The translations under genes and the position numbers were made by a program. Under the pieces are notes generated by a model. The model saw nothing but the letters and a program-made list of their open reading frames with translations. It had not been told where the DNA came from and did not search any database. A stretch of 63,015 bases of DNA, counting the filler, from Octopus bimaculoides (taxonomy: Eukaryota): assembly GCF_001194135.2 (NCBI RefSeq). It is 8 parts of 7 records of this genome, joined end to end, with 100 filler letters (N's around TTAATTAATTAA, not from the genome) between each part and the next. Parts side by side here need not be neighbours in the genome. Positions count along the whole stretch, not along the records: positions 5,373 to 24,272 come from NC_068996.1; positions 24,373 to 30,934 come from NC_068983.1; 6 more parts are not named here. One strand, given 5' to 3'. Of this stretch, positions 12,500 through 24,401 are shown one piece after another. The stretch's first letter is position 1, and every line of letters begins with the position of its first letter.

Positions 12500-13480
12500 A
12501 AGTTAGTTTTCAGGTTTTACTTTGGCTTCCTTATTGAAAAGATATCTTTTATTTTCAAGTTGTTTTATGATACCAATAAGTTTTCTTTTATATATTCTTA
12601 GGTGTTTCTATTACTATTGCTACGTTGTTGTAGCTATTCTTTTTGTCTGGGTTACCTAGAACTCTAATTATATCAAATTTAAGTTGACAATTTCGAAAAC
12701 CAGTAATATATTTCTCTTGTGTGAATCTACACACTTCAATTAACTTCCAGTTTATTGCACTGATGTATTTCGTAACAAAGATGACTTCAAAATACATATT
12801 TATATATTATTTGTCGCACTGTGTTCTGTTTTTATCATTTGTCTAACTTTTTAATAATACTTACCCTACTTTTCCTTTACTTCTATATGGTGTATTTTAT
12901 CAGTTTTATCAATACCTAAGAATTTGTGTCGCTGATTTTGTTCTAATTCTTTGGTTTCCGTGTCTATATTTAATTTAATAATCTCAATTTTAGTTATTTT
13001 TTCTGGTTTTTATAGTAGATTTTGCACATACAATCAGATTTCATGATCACTTTTATGGCTTAACTAAATATATTTGAAATGTTTAGATTTTCTTACAAGG
13101 TGGTGTATCTTATAAATATTTTAAAGCTATCCGTATAGAGAAGATGAGGCACAGTTTGTCCGATGCATCTATAAATATTCGTAATTTCACTCAGCAGATT
13201 TGTTAATGGAGTCTGCACTGAGTTTTGTAGAAGTGGTAATGATAACTCTTCTTATGAGCATAAGCTTGGTTGTTATTATATTTTCTCTGTTTTGTAGTGA
13301 TGTGATCGCTTTTTTATTTAGGTGTAATATAATGAATACGCTTTTCCTAATATTGAAACAGTTTGTTTTATGTTTAATATCTCCAGCGTTCAAAACTGCT
13401 GCTTACTCTCAAGTGCGTTTCAGTAATGAATGCAGGTGTATTAACATCTGTTTACCTGGAATTGTTCTCTAGGCATGCTA
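12500..13480 (-). mobile_element. R4/Dong-like RT region, heavily decayed
   Basis: SHLLYTDSFK (like HLLYMDDLK), KFLGIDKTDKIHHIEVKEK and INWKLIEV parallel the Dong RT at 18516-18962. Confidence 0.7.
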
Positions 13481-13954
13481 TAATAACTCTTTCTGCTTTT
13501 GACCAAAGCCATATGCTATATTAATGATGATGGTGATAATGACGATTCCTTTTATTGACTACTCACTTCCAGTTCTTTCCTCCAACTTACGAAAGCTTAC
13601 TCAAAGTAAGTCAATATACCCCTATTAGTCTTTCCACTATTATTCACCTTTCGATAAACACACCGAAAGGTTGCATTTGCCTAATTACCTTCACATTTCC
13701 CTTCATTTGGTAAGGAAGTTGCTGCCTTCAGGCAAGCCCACCACACAACCTATTTGCCGAGTTTGTCTCGAACAGATAATGTTTTCCTATTGAACTGCCA
13801 TGGAAGTTCTTCATATTTGCTGATCTGAAAATCGTTCAGCATCAATCCCAGACTATTGGCGTTCTCATTTTCATTGTCGACGACGATAACTTCTCCGTAA
13901 TATAGATATTTCTGAAAATGCGTCAGCCTCGGTACGTGCCGGCGCATCATCAAG

Positions 13955-14335
13955 GATAGCATCCCGAGATCACTATGAAGTGCCAGACATTGAGAAAGAA
14001 ATCAAACTATGCTGGATCATAGACATAGCATGCCCAGCCGACAACAAGGTATGCGATAAGGAAGAAAGAAAAGTCGATAGATATGACAGGTTAGCTTGAG
14101 AAGTTAAACAGTTGCGGTCGCTGAAAAAGGTGGTATTGGTACCAATAATTGTCGAGCCCTGGGAACAGGGAGCAAAATTCTCGAGAGGTACGTGGAACAA
14201 ATAGGGGCTGCAATAAGGGTGGAACACTTGCAGAAAAAAAAGCACTGCTTGGAACCGCTCGAACACTCCGGATGGTGCTCGAAAAATTAGAGGTGTTACT
14301 TTAGTGAACAGCTGGCACCGTAGTACATCTCCAGC
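13955..14335 (+). mobile_element. R4/Dong-like RLE C-terminus
   Basis: PDIEKEIKLCWIIDIACPADNKVCDKEERKVDRYDRLA...KKVVLVPIIV, then LGTARTLRMVLE-like end; followed by (AAT)n. Confidence 0.85.
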
Positions 14336-14355
14336 GATAAAAGCTGTGCAAAGAC

Positions 14356-14411
<56 letters not shown>

Positions 14412-14426
14412 TGATGATGATGATGT

Positions 14427-14463
<37 letters not shown>

Positions 14464-14474
14464 TATAGTAAAAA

Positions 14475-15255
14475 GATTGTAGAGAATTGCCAGAGCGAAA
14501 AGAGGAACCTGAGTATGGCATGGATTGGCTACAGGAAATCGCTCGATAGTGTCCCGCATAATCGAAAACTCAAAGCCCTTACAGAGTTGCATGACGAAGT
14601 GGAACACACTTCTCTTTCTAAACCATAGTAATGGGTTGAGCTAAACTAACAACTTCAACATCAAACGATGCATCTTTCAAGTTGACTCACTCTCCCCATT
14701 ACTCTTTTGCATGGCACTGATCCCACTCTTAAACAAACTAAATACCACCAGGTATGGATTCAATGTGTACAATACGTCAATAAACCATCTATTTCATATG
14801 GACGATCTGAAGCTGTTTGCTAGAAATGACGAAGATCTATCAGGGCTGCTAACATCTGTTAAAGAATTCAGTTATGACATCGAGGTGGACTTTGGCCTTG
14901 AAGAAATAGACCATCTCGTCTCGGGACATCCTATGCTGACACCAACCGAATACAAAAATCGCCACGATAGGGTAGGACAGTATTTACATTGCAACGCGAT
15001 ACTACAAAATCAGCACTCCTTCTTATTGGTATGAACGTCATCCACAGGCAATCGTTGAAGGCAAAAATGTTACGATCCTCTGGGATTCTCCAGTCAACAG
15101 TGACAGAACAATCCAGGTTAATCGATCAGACATAGTCATTAAAGATAGGTAAAAAAATACTTGTAGACTAATAGTTGTAAGTCTTCCCACTGATAAAAAT
15201 ATATCTGTCAAGGAATTTGACAAACTTAGTAAATATAAGAACCTGGAAAATGAAC
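14475..15255 (+). mobile_element. R4/Dong-like element, internally deleted (RT fused to RLE)
   Basis: LSMAWIGYRKSLDSVPH and INHLFHMDDLKLFARN jump directly to IDHLVSGHPMLTPTEYKNRHD, then ILWD and EFDKLSKYKNLE. Confidence 0.88.
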
Positions 15256-15264
15256 ATTATATAC

Positions 15265-15405
15265 ATTATTTACATTTGACGGATATTTGTTCTCATCTTG
15301 CTTGTTGTTAACACAACGTTTCGGTTGATATACCTTCCAGCCTTCATCAGGTGTCTTAGGGAAATTAAGAACCTGGGTTCTCATTGCTAAGGTATTTTTC
15401 GATGT
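15265..15405 (-). mobile_element. Hammerhead-bearing short repeat, 3' part of candidate HHR-SINE (copy 1)
   Basis: Same body as 45321-45455 and 62415-62575. Confidence 0.8.
15310..15355 (-). ncRNA. Minimal type I hammerhead ribozyme
   Basis: Minus strand GACAC-CUGAUGA-A-GGCUG(N10)CAACC-GAAAC-GUU-GUGUU: intact core, 5-bp stem I, stem II 4 of 5 pairs, palindromic AC/GU stem III. Confidence 0.75.
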
Positions 15406-15419
15406 TATTATTATTATTA

Positions 15420-16230
15420 TTATTCAGTAGTTTTATTTTTATAACGTGCTTTCACTTCACTACCGAGCGCAGCTCTGTGCGCCTTGGGTATGTGCTGTGG
15501 TTTGCTGTGGTGCTCTTATGTTTACTGTATTGAAAGTGTTTTGCGTAGAATGTGTGCAGTACCCAGTAGTGCAATTTTCTGTATGTTATATATATTTGTA
15601 AGTCCTGGTGTTTTTGTTATGTATTTGTCTGAATATTTTTTTATTATACCTAAGGCACCTACTATGATAGGAATTGTTTCTGTTTTTAGATTCCACATTC
15701 GAGTTATCTCTATTTCCAGGTCTTTGTATTTTGAAAGTTTTTCCANNNNNNNNNNNNNNNNNNNNNNNNNNNNNNNNNNNNNNNNNNNNNNNNNNNNNNN
15801 NNNNNNNNNNNNNNNNNNNNNNNNNNNNNNNNNNNNNNNNNNNNNNNNNNNNNNNNNNNNNNNNNNNNNNNNNNNNNNNNNNNNNNNNNNNNNNNNNNNN
15901 NNNNNNNNNNNNNNNNNNNNNNNNNNNNNNNNNNNNNNNNNNNNNNNNNNNNNNNNNNNNNNNNNNNNNNNNNNNNNNNNNNNNNNNNNNNNNNNNNNNN
16001 NNNNNNNNNNNNNNNNNNNNNNNNNNNNNNNNNNNNNNNNNNNNNNNNNNNNNNNNNNNNNNNNNNNNNNNNNNNNNNNNNNNNNNNNNNNNNNNNNNNN
16101 NNNNNNNNNNNNNNNNGGACTGGGCAGCCAGAGATAATATGATTTATTGTTTCTTGTCGATCTCCACATATTCTACAGTTACTTGTTATATTTCTTTTCA
16201 TTATGTGTTTTTGGTAATTTCTGGTGGGGA
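15420..16230 (-). mobile_element. R4/Dong-like element, young subfamily, 5'-truncated (N gap 15746-16116)
   Basis: KDQSLPTRNYQKHIMKRNITSNCRICGDRQETINHIISGCPV...KLSKYKDLEIEITRMW...LLGTAHILRKTLSIQ*; (TAA)n on both sides. Confidence 0.92.
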
Positions 16231-16240
16231 GGCTTTGGTC

Positions 16241-16303
<63 letters not shown>

Positions 16304-16307
<4 letters not shown>

Positions 16308-16338
16308 TCACTGCCTGGAATCAAACTCGGAATCTTGG
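16304..16338 (-). mobile_element. tRNA-like head remnant (T-arm/box B) of the candidate HHR-SINE
   Basis: Minus strand ccaagattccgagtttgattccaggcagtgacctg matches the head at 62611-62645. Confidence 0.6.
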
Positions 16339-16449
16339 TGGTGGTGTTGGTGGTGTTGGTGCTGGTGCTGGTGGTGAAGGAGGTGGAGTTGTTGATGGCG
16401 GTGGTAACTGGCTAGTCAAAAGTATATTTTTTAAAATTAAGTTTTTTTT

Positions 16450-16563
16450 TATATAACACCTATCACTTAACGCAGGCGCAGAAGTGCAATTCCGTGAAGT
16501 ATTCACGCTTATTTACGTGGCAGACATATGCAATGTAAATAAAGGTTGTATGATATGTAAGGG

Positions 16564-16600
<37 letters not shown>

Positions 16601-17855
16601 AGTAAAAATAAATACAAAAAAGGTGGGGTTTTTTGTATGATTGTGTATAGAGGAATATATTATTTTGCTTAAAAGAGTTCCAACACTGTCTGTTTTTTAT
16701 GTTTTATTTATATTCCTGCAGAACTAATGTGGGGTATAGAATATGGAATATACAATATATAATATGATATACAATATACAATATAAAATAAAATAACATA
16801 AAAATGGATGGCACCATGAAAGAAAGTATTGAATGTAGATAAAATATTGAGTGTTCAATATAAAGGATCAAATATATAAATATATNNNNNNNNNNNNNNN
16901 NNNNNNNNNNNNNNNNNNNNNNNNNNNNNNNNNNNNNNNNNNNNNNNNNNNNNNNNNNNNNNNNNNNNNNNNNNNNNNNNNNNNNNNNNNNNNNNNNNNN
17001 NNNNNNNNNNNNNNNNNNNNNNNNNNNNNNNNNNNNNNNNNNNNNNNNNNNNNNNNNNNNNNNNNNNNNNNNNNNNNNNNNNNNNNNNNNNNNNNNNNNN
17101 NNNNNNNNNNNNNNNNNNNNNNNNNNNNNNNNNNNNNNNNNNNNNNNNNNNNNNNNNNNNNNNNNNNNNNNNNNNNNNNNNNNNNNNNNNNNNNNNNNNN
17201 NNNNNNNNNNNNNNNNNNNNNNNNNNNNNNNNNNNNNNNNNNNNNNNNNNNNNNNNNNNNNNNNNNNNNNNNNNNNNNNNNNNNNNNNNNNNNNNNNNNN
17301 NNNNNNNNNNNNNNNNNNNNNNNNNNNNNNNNNNNNNNNNNNNNNNNNNNNNNNNNNNNNNNNNNNNNNNNNNNNNNNNNNNNNNNNNNNNNNNNNNNNN
17401 NNNNNNNNNNNNNNNNNNNNNNNNNNNNNNNNNNNNNNNNNNNNNNNNNNNNNNNNNNNNNNNNNNNNNNNNNNNNNNNNNNNNNNNAACCTTGCCTTTG
17501 TTAATAGTTTTTTCAAGTTTTTAGGTTGTCTCTTACTGAGAGTTATATTTTGATCTGTAATGATATTTCTCAATTCCTTACTTTGTGCAAGGATCGGTAA
17601 GTTCGCTTTGGCGATATTAAAGATGTTCTGGTGGCATGGATTTTGTGTCACTATAAATGGAATGATCTTTTCCTGTTTGTCTTTTCTTTGCGGTGTCCTC
17701 AGTTGTTGTATGGGTATTTTCGAAGCCCGCTGAATACCATTTTCTATGAGTTGTGATGGGTATTTTTGCTTCACCAGAAATTCTTTCAGTTCCATCAGGC
17801 GTTGATTTCTGGTCTCTATATCCTCTACAATAGTACATATTCTCCTGGCTAGGCA
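16450..17855 (-). mobile_element. Penelope-like element, RT thumb/linker plus AT-rich 3' region (N gap 16886-17488)
   Basis: PYCLARRICTIVEDIETRNQRLMELKEFLVKQKYP...IPFIVTQNP...LSKRQPKNLKKLLTKA is the typical PLE segment before GIY-YIG; open reading frame over the visible part. Confidence 0.85.
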
Positions 17856-18039
17856 GTATGGTATATATATGTATGTATATATATACACGTGTGTGTGCGT
17901 GTGTATATATACGTACATACATACATGCATATATACTTTTTTCTTTATAGAATAAATGGAAAAATAAGAGCGAATATTTATTTTATGAGTGTTGCGTCTA
18001 TGAAATTGTGCATAAATTATATAAAGTGCATTGCGTAAT

Positions 18040-19640
18040 CATCATATTCCAGTTTCTGCCACTTTTCAGTGAATAGCAGATGAGCGACTATCTTGATACA
18101 GACACAACACAGCTATGCTTGTTTCCAGTATGTCTAATTCTGGGATTTGTATTTGGAATTCACTTAGATATTCCTTTGCCTGTTTTGTTATTGAGTATGA
18201 TATTTTCATGTTTTCATGCTTGAAGACAACTTTTAACATCCACTCATCAGAGATTTTTAGGTAGGCAATTTTCATTGCTAATTGTGACAATCTTCATTGT
18301 CAATTTCAGTCGTAAAAGTCCACGGCCACTCTATTTTCTTGGCAGGTAAAGTCGTTCTATGTCTGCCCTAAGAGGTGCATTCTATGCATTGTCAAGTTTT
18401 TGTATTTTTCTGTCAAGATTACATATTTCAGTAATTAACCAGTTAATAATATTAAAACTGTAAGTCACGGCTGGTATGGCTAAAGTATTGATCACTTCGA
18501 TCCCATCTCTTGCGCTTAGCTCTGTTTGAGTATTGCTCTAACCCTGCGATAACTTTCTTTTCTGATTTCTTCCCTCAATATTGAATGTTTGACTCCTTCA
18601 TTTTTAAATACCCCTCGGTATTTGTAGCTCCCTGCTGGTTCTAACTCCTTTATAGTATTCTGTTGTTCAGGTTTAACGTTGGATGTTTCGATCATTTTCC
18701 CTCTGATAAATGTAGATTTTGCACATTTATCTAGGCCATATTGCATCCTGATGTCATCACTGAACTGTTTTACAATTGCCACTAAACCTTGTAGTCGCTG
18801 GTCCTTTTTTGCAAAGAGCTTTAAATCATCCATGTAAAAGAGATGGTTTATATTTTTATCAAACAATTCATAGCCATATTGTATACCATCAAGCAATTTC
18901 GAAAGATATATTAAGGCGAGACAACAGAGCAGTGGTGATAGAGTCCCCCTAGAAAATGCCATATGGAATTAAAAAGTTATACGCGTATTCAGTTAAGACA
19001 GATGTTAGTATTTTGTACATTATTGTTAAGCAGGTTATAGGTCTATAATTTTTTATTCGTTTGTATCGTCAATTTTCGGAAGTAGAAGTGTAACACCATT
19101 AATTAGACAAGTGAGAATCGTATTAAGTTGCTGCAAAGCATTGTTGTAAAGTCTTTTCAGCAGTCCATGACTCTGGAAAAGAATTCACCAGAAATTAGGA
19201 ATTTTATCCTTTCCTGGAGACTTCCATTTGCTTGATTTCATGAGAGCAGATCTTACATCCTCTACATTGATAACCCCACTTTTAGTCTTTTAACGTGTCT
19301 AAGCCAGTATATATTGTATCAATCCAAGGAACCTTTTTACATTACGGTTTTTTTCTGCCTAAATTTTATTTTAAAATCCCTGAATTTCTTCTTTTGACTT
19401 TACTGTAACTGATATTTCCTGTAATGATTCTTTGGGCTATTTTTAAACATGTTCTTTTTCCTTGAAGAACCTAGCGCTCTTTTCATACCGTAGTCTGTGG
19501 GCGGCTTTATCAGATACCTTTTGCTTGATAGTTTCTATAGTAGTACGGATGTCTAGTATGGATTGTATACCATAATTTCTCTTTAATTTTTGAATTTTTG
19601 ATGGTTAGATATTCTTGTCACCTTTAAAGTTTTTAAACTT
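18040..19640 (-). mobile_element. R4/Dong-like RT region
   Basis: GTLSPLLCCLAL...INHLFYMDDLKLFAK...MQYGLDKCAK...YKYRGV; decayed on both flanks. Confidence 0.9.
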
Positions 19641-19770
19641 TAACTAACTGAATTTGTTGTTGGATAAGCTCTTGCCAAATAGGCTTTTTGTAGGAATGTT
19701 GTCATTTTGTAACCTTTTCACCACACAGAATTGTTGAGTTCTTAGCGGATGCATTGTACAGGTCATTGAG

Positions 19771-19811
<41 letters not shown>

Positions 19812-19832
19812 TATTATTATTATTATTATTAC

Positions 19833-19926
<94 letters not shown>
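19771..19926. repeat. (ATT)n microsatellite
   Basis: Seen directly. Confidence 0.95.
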
Positions 19927-20340
19927 TTATGTTTGACTTTTGCTTTGCATTTGTACAAGTTGGATCCAAGTCTCACCTATAGACCTCAAGAGACAACAAG
20001 TTAGAAGTTCATGTAGGTGTTATGCCTAGGGTACCATATATTTGAGTTTGTACAGTGTTGTTCTAGAGAATGTTTAAGAAACCATGAGAAAATTATGTGT
20101 TTGTTTCAAAATTTGAGATCACATAGACAGTATTTTACGTAGGGTATGGAAAGTTCCCATGAGCCCTATCTTTTGAACTTCAGCCATTTTGGGGTTTCCT
20201 GGTATCTGAGCTAGGTAGTAATCAGCCCGTTTCGCTGTCATTCCCAGGGCACCTATGACAATAGGTATTGTTTTCGTCTTCAGATTCCACATTTTGCTAA
20301 TTTCTATTTCAAGATCTTTATACTTGCTCAATTTTTGGTA
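19927..20340 (-). mobile_element. R4/Dong-like 3' fragment with 3'UTR (same subfamily as 5373)
   Basis: LSKYKDLEIEISKMWNLKTKTIPIVIGALG...RKILSM*; (TAA)n on both sides. Confidence 0.9.
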
Positions 20341-20396
20341 TTATCATTATTATTATTAATATTATTATTAATATTATTATTATTCTTATTATTATT

Positions 20397-20862
20397 GAGT
20401 GAGAGAGCAGTGCATGCCATCAAAGTGACACTGGGGTAAAATATACGAAGCCCATTATACCCATCATGACTACCCGTCTGATAAGGGTACACCAGGCACA
20501 TGCATCACAACCATATGTGCGCGACATGGTGATCTCATATCAAGTTAAACAGCGCATGACCTCGCAGGTGGGGCCCAGTTAGAATTTTCTTCAGCTCGAG
20601 TAGCCCATCCCGCTCAAAAGGTCCCTGAATAAGGTTTGTTTAGTTTAAGGGTGATGAGCAAAACACCCATGTTTCCAAAGGTGGATTATTCAAACCCCAA
20701 AGAACTCCTCTCAACACATGGCTATGATGCTCCCCCACTACTTCTGCTCGCGATCAGAGATGCACATATTGTCAGCCACCAAAGGACATGCTCAACTGGT
20801 TAAGGCCAAACAACTGACAACCAAATCTGTGGTATTAAGCAGAATATTTGCTGTAGCCCATC

Positions 20863-20866
<4 letters not shown>
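20397..20866. mobile_element. About 470-bp non-coding element embedded in (ATT)n, probable interspersed repeat
   Basis: Sharp switch to GC-richer sequence bounded by (ATT)n on both sides; no recognisable ORF; only one copy in this window. Confidence 0.5.
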
Positions 20867-20896
<30 letters not shown>

Positions 20897-20956
20897 ATTA
20901 TTATTATTATTATTATCATTATTATTACTATTATTATTATTGTTGTTGTTGTTGTA

Positions 20957-21030
20957 ATGTGCTTTCACTTCACTACCGAGCGCAGTTCTTTGTTTCTTGG
21001 GTACGTGCTGTGGTTTGCTGTGATGCTTAT
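20957..21030 (-). mobile_element. Isolated 3'UTR piece of the young Dong subfamily
   Basis: gtgctttcacttcactaccgagcgcag...gtgctgtggtttgctgtg matches the 3'UTR at about 15445-15515. Confidence 0.8.
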
Positions 21031-21059
21031 AATTATTATTATTAATATTATTATTATTA

Positions 21060-22340
21060 TTCAGTAGTCTTATTTTTATAAAGTGCTTTCACTTCACTAC
21101 CGAGCGCAGCTCTGTGCGCCTTGGGTATGTGCTGTGGTTTGCTGTGGTGCTCTTATGTTTACTGTATTGAAAGTGTTTTGCGTAGAATGTGTGCAGTACC
21201 CAGTAGTGCAATTTTCTGTATGTTATATATATTTGTAAGTCCTGGTGTTTTTGTTATGTATTTGTCTGAATATTTTTTTATTATACCTAAGGCACCTACT
21301 ATGATAGGAATTGTTTCTGTTTTTAGATTCCACATTCGAGTTATCTCTATTTCCAGGTCTTTGTATTTTGAAAGTTTTTCCATTTCTTTTAGAGAAACGT
21401 TGTCATCTGCTGGTATTGATACATCAATTAGAANNNNNNNNNNNNNNNNNNNNNNNNNNNNNNNNNNNNNNNNNNNNNNNNNNNNNNNNNNNNNNNNNNN
21501 NNNNNNNNNNNNNNNNNNNNNNNNNNNNNNNNNNNNNNNNNNNNNNNNNNNNNNNNNNNNNNNNNNNNNNNNNNNNNNNNNNNNNNNNNNNNNNNNNNNN
21601 NNNNNNNNNNNNNNNNNNNNNNNNNNNNNNNNNNNNNNNNNNNNNNNNNNNNNNNNNNNNNNNNNNNNNNNNNNNNNNNNNNNNNNNNNNNNNNNNNNNN
21701 NNNNNNNNNNNNNNNNNNNNNNNNNNNNNNNNNNNNNNNNNNNNNNNNNNNNNNNNNNNNNNNNNNNNNNNNNNNNNNNNNNNNNNNNNNNNNNNNNNNN
21801 NNNNNNNNNNNNNNNNNNNNNNNNNNNNNNNNNNNNNNNNNNNNNNNNNNNNNNNNNNNNNNNNNNNNNNNNNNNNNNNNNNNNNNNNNNNNNNNNNNNN
21901 NNNNNNNNNNNNNNNNNNNNNNNNNNNNNNNNNNNNNNNNNNNNNNNNNNNNNNNNNNNNNNNNNNNNNNNNNNNNNNNNNNNNNNNNNNNNNNNNNNNN
22001 NNNNNNNNNNNNNNNNNNNNNNNNNNNNNNNNNNNNNNNNNNNNNNNNNNNNNNNNNNNNNNNNNNNNNNNNNNNNNNNNNNNNNNNNNNNNNNNNNNAG
22101 GTAGATTGATTTCTTGTTTGTATTTGTCAGCTTCCTTAAATACTGAAAACAGTTTTTTGTTTTGCTCGTGTTTTGTGGCTATTTGTATTAGTTTCCCTTG
22201 CTTCTGGAGTAGGTATTTTTGCAGTCCTATGGTGGTTATTTTATAATAGTTTTCTAGCTGTATAAGACCCCTGCCACCTTCTGTGCGTTGTATATATAGC
22301 CTTTCTATGTCAGATTTTGGGTGGTGCATCCTATATCCTG

Positions 22341-22342
<2 letters not shown>
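21060..22342 (-). mobile_element. R4/Dong-like element, young subfamily (N gap 21434-22099)
   Basis: MTGYRMHHPKSDIERLYIQRTEGGRGL...; RLE end and 3'UTR almost identical to the copy at 15420; starts inside (TAA)n. Confidence 0.92.
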
Positions 22343-22419
<77 letters not shown>

Positions 22420-22489
22420 CATCATTATTATTATAGTTGTTGTTGTTGTTGTTGTGGTTGTTGTTGTAGATGTTGTTGTTGCTGTTGTT

Positions 22490-23160
22490 GTTATTTATAT
22501 TTTCTCTTCATCACAGGTTTTGTTGGAGTTCCTGTATCTTGTATCCGTAGCGGGCTTAATACCGGCAGCCAACCGTACCATGCTATCCAATTCTTTTCAG
22601 CCACCTAATGCTTTCCTGGTTATTCTGGCCGTGCCAAGGAGGCCAGCTTTTTGTAACAGTTTTGTTAAGCACTACGATATCATTCATGTTCCCTTGATAC
22701 TTTCTTATATAGTTCCCAAGGGTGCAGCAATAATTGGCATTGTCTTCACCTTCTTCATTTTCCATAGCCGGGCTATTTCGAACTTAAGACGGTTGTATTT
22801 ATGTATCTTTTCGCCTTCTTATTTGACTATTTGTTGGTCAAACGGGCATGTAACATCAACTATATAGCACATGTGGTACACCTTCTCGACCACCACTAGG
22901 CCCGGTCTTCTATGCTCTAGCACCTGATTTGTTTCGATTGGGAAATCCTAAGGGATTTTGCTAGTCTCCGACTCAGACGTACTCTGCGGTTCGATCTCAT
23001 ACCACGACATGATTCCCCCTAGGCCCAACGTTTCGCACAGTTTCCAATGTAGCACCTTCGCTACTTGGTCGTGTCGCTTGTAATGGTTTTGTGCAAGTCT
23101 ATGACATTCGTTCGTGATATGGGTAATGGCTTCATCCACTCTAATGCAGAAGGGGATACT
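22490..23160 (-). mobile_element. R4/Dong-like zinc knuckle and RLE, divergent decayed subfamily
   Basis: DEAITHITNECHRLAQNHYKRHDQVAKVLHWKLC...KIP.DF. Confidence 0.85.
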
Positions 23161-23274
23161 TGATCATTCCTCAAGTCGACCCTCCATTTCGTAGCCTGAC
23201 CTTGGTTCTGCGCTGCCAGTATAGTGCTCTCTGTCTCTTTTCTTAGGGTTGTTGTTGTTGTTGTTGGTGGTGGT

Positions 23275-23362
23275 GTTCTTCTTCTTCTTCTTCTTCTTCT
23301 TCTTCTTCTTCTTCTTCTTCTTCTTCTTCTTCTTCTTCTTCTTCTTCTTCTTCTTCTTCTTC
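23275..23362. repeat. (CTT)n microsatellite
   Basis: Seen directly. Confidence 0.95.
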
Positions 23363-23629
23363 ACCACCACCACCATCACCATCACCATCATCATCACCAT
23401 TACACCCCCCCATCATCATCATCATCATTGTATTAGTGTTTGTTTGTATAGACTGATGTGTGCGTAATGCGAGTTGTGTTTTTCTGTTGGGTATCCGACC
23501 TATAGAGTATATTTTCTGGTGGTTGTTAATTTTATTGGACATTTGCTGCATAGAGTGTGTCTTGTTTTCGTAAATTATTTTGTTTGGGTTGTATTGTCGA
23601 ACTGATAGTCTCATGCACAAGGGCATGAC

Positions 23630-23880
23630 CTGTTCCTAGGGCTACTCTTTGAATACTGTGTAGCGGTTGAAGATCCAGGTATATATAGCATTTATTTAAT
23701 TTTTCTTTTCTTCACATGTTCCTTATATCATGCTCAACGCCCCAGTTATTATTGGTAGTGTTTTCACCTTCATGCCCCACTTCTTGAAAATTCAATTTCG
23801 AAGTCTTTGTTCTTTGATAATTTCTCCACTTCTTTTAGGGGAATATTTTGGTGAGAAGGGTCTGCGATATTTATCAGTAA
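23630..23880 (-). mobile_element. R4/Dong-like RLE C-terminal remnant
   Basis: NIPLKEVEKLSKNKDFEIEF...MKVKTLPIITGAL. Confidence 0.7.
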
Positions 23881-23934
23881 GCATGTGGTCTTTTTCAATA
23901 CTTGCTTAATTTGTCTGGACAATTATTATTATTA

Positions 23935-24272
23935 TTATTGTTCAGTAGTTTTATTTTTATAACGTGCTTTCCCTTCACTACCGAGCGCAGCTCTGTGCGC
24001 CTTGGGTATGTGCTGTGGTTTGCTGTGGTGCTCTTATGTTTACTGTATTGAAAGTGTTTTGCGTAGAATGTGTGCAGTACCCAGTAGTGCAATTTTCTGT
24101 ATGTTATATATATTTGTAAGTCCTGGTGTTTTTGTTATGTATTTGTCTGAATGTTTTTTTATTATACCTAAGGCACCTACTATGATAGGAATTATTTCTG
24201 TTTTTAGACTCCACATTCGAGTTATCTCTATTTCCAGGTCTTTGTATTTTGAAAGTTTTTCCATTTCTTTTA
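23935..24272 (-). mobile_element. R4/Dong-like element, young subfamily, cut by the spacer
   Basis: EKLSKYKDLEIEITRMWSLKTEIIPIIVGALG...KTLSIQ* plus the shared 3'UTR. Confidence 0.92.
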
Positions 24273-24372
24273 NNNNNNNNNNNNNNNNNNNNNNNNNNNN
24301 NNNNNNNNNNNNNNNNTTAATTAATTAANNNNNNNNNNNNNNNNNNNNNNNNNNNNNNNNNNNNNNNNNNNN
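24273..24372. other. Artificial assembly spacer
   Basis: N44-TTAATTAATTAA-N44, core at 24317-24328. Confidence 0.95.
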
Positions 24373-24401
24373 CGTTAAACGATGATGATGATATATATAT
24401 A

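Noticed and set aside
12500-13480. First read as Penelope RT because it neighbours the hammerhead-bearing tract
   Set aside because: The motifs (HLLYxD, YKFLG, INWKL) match the R4/Dong RT instead.
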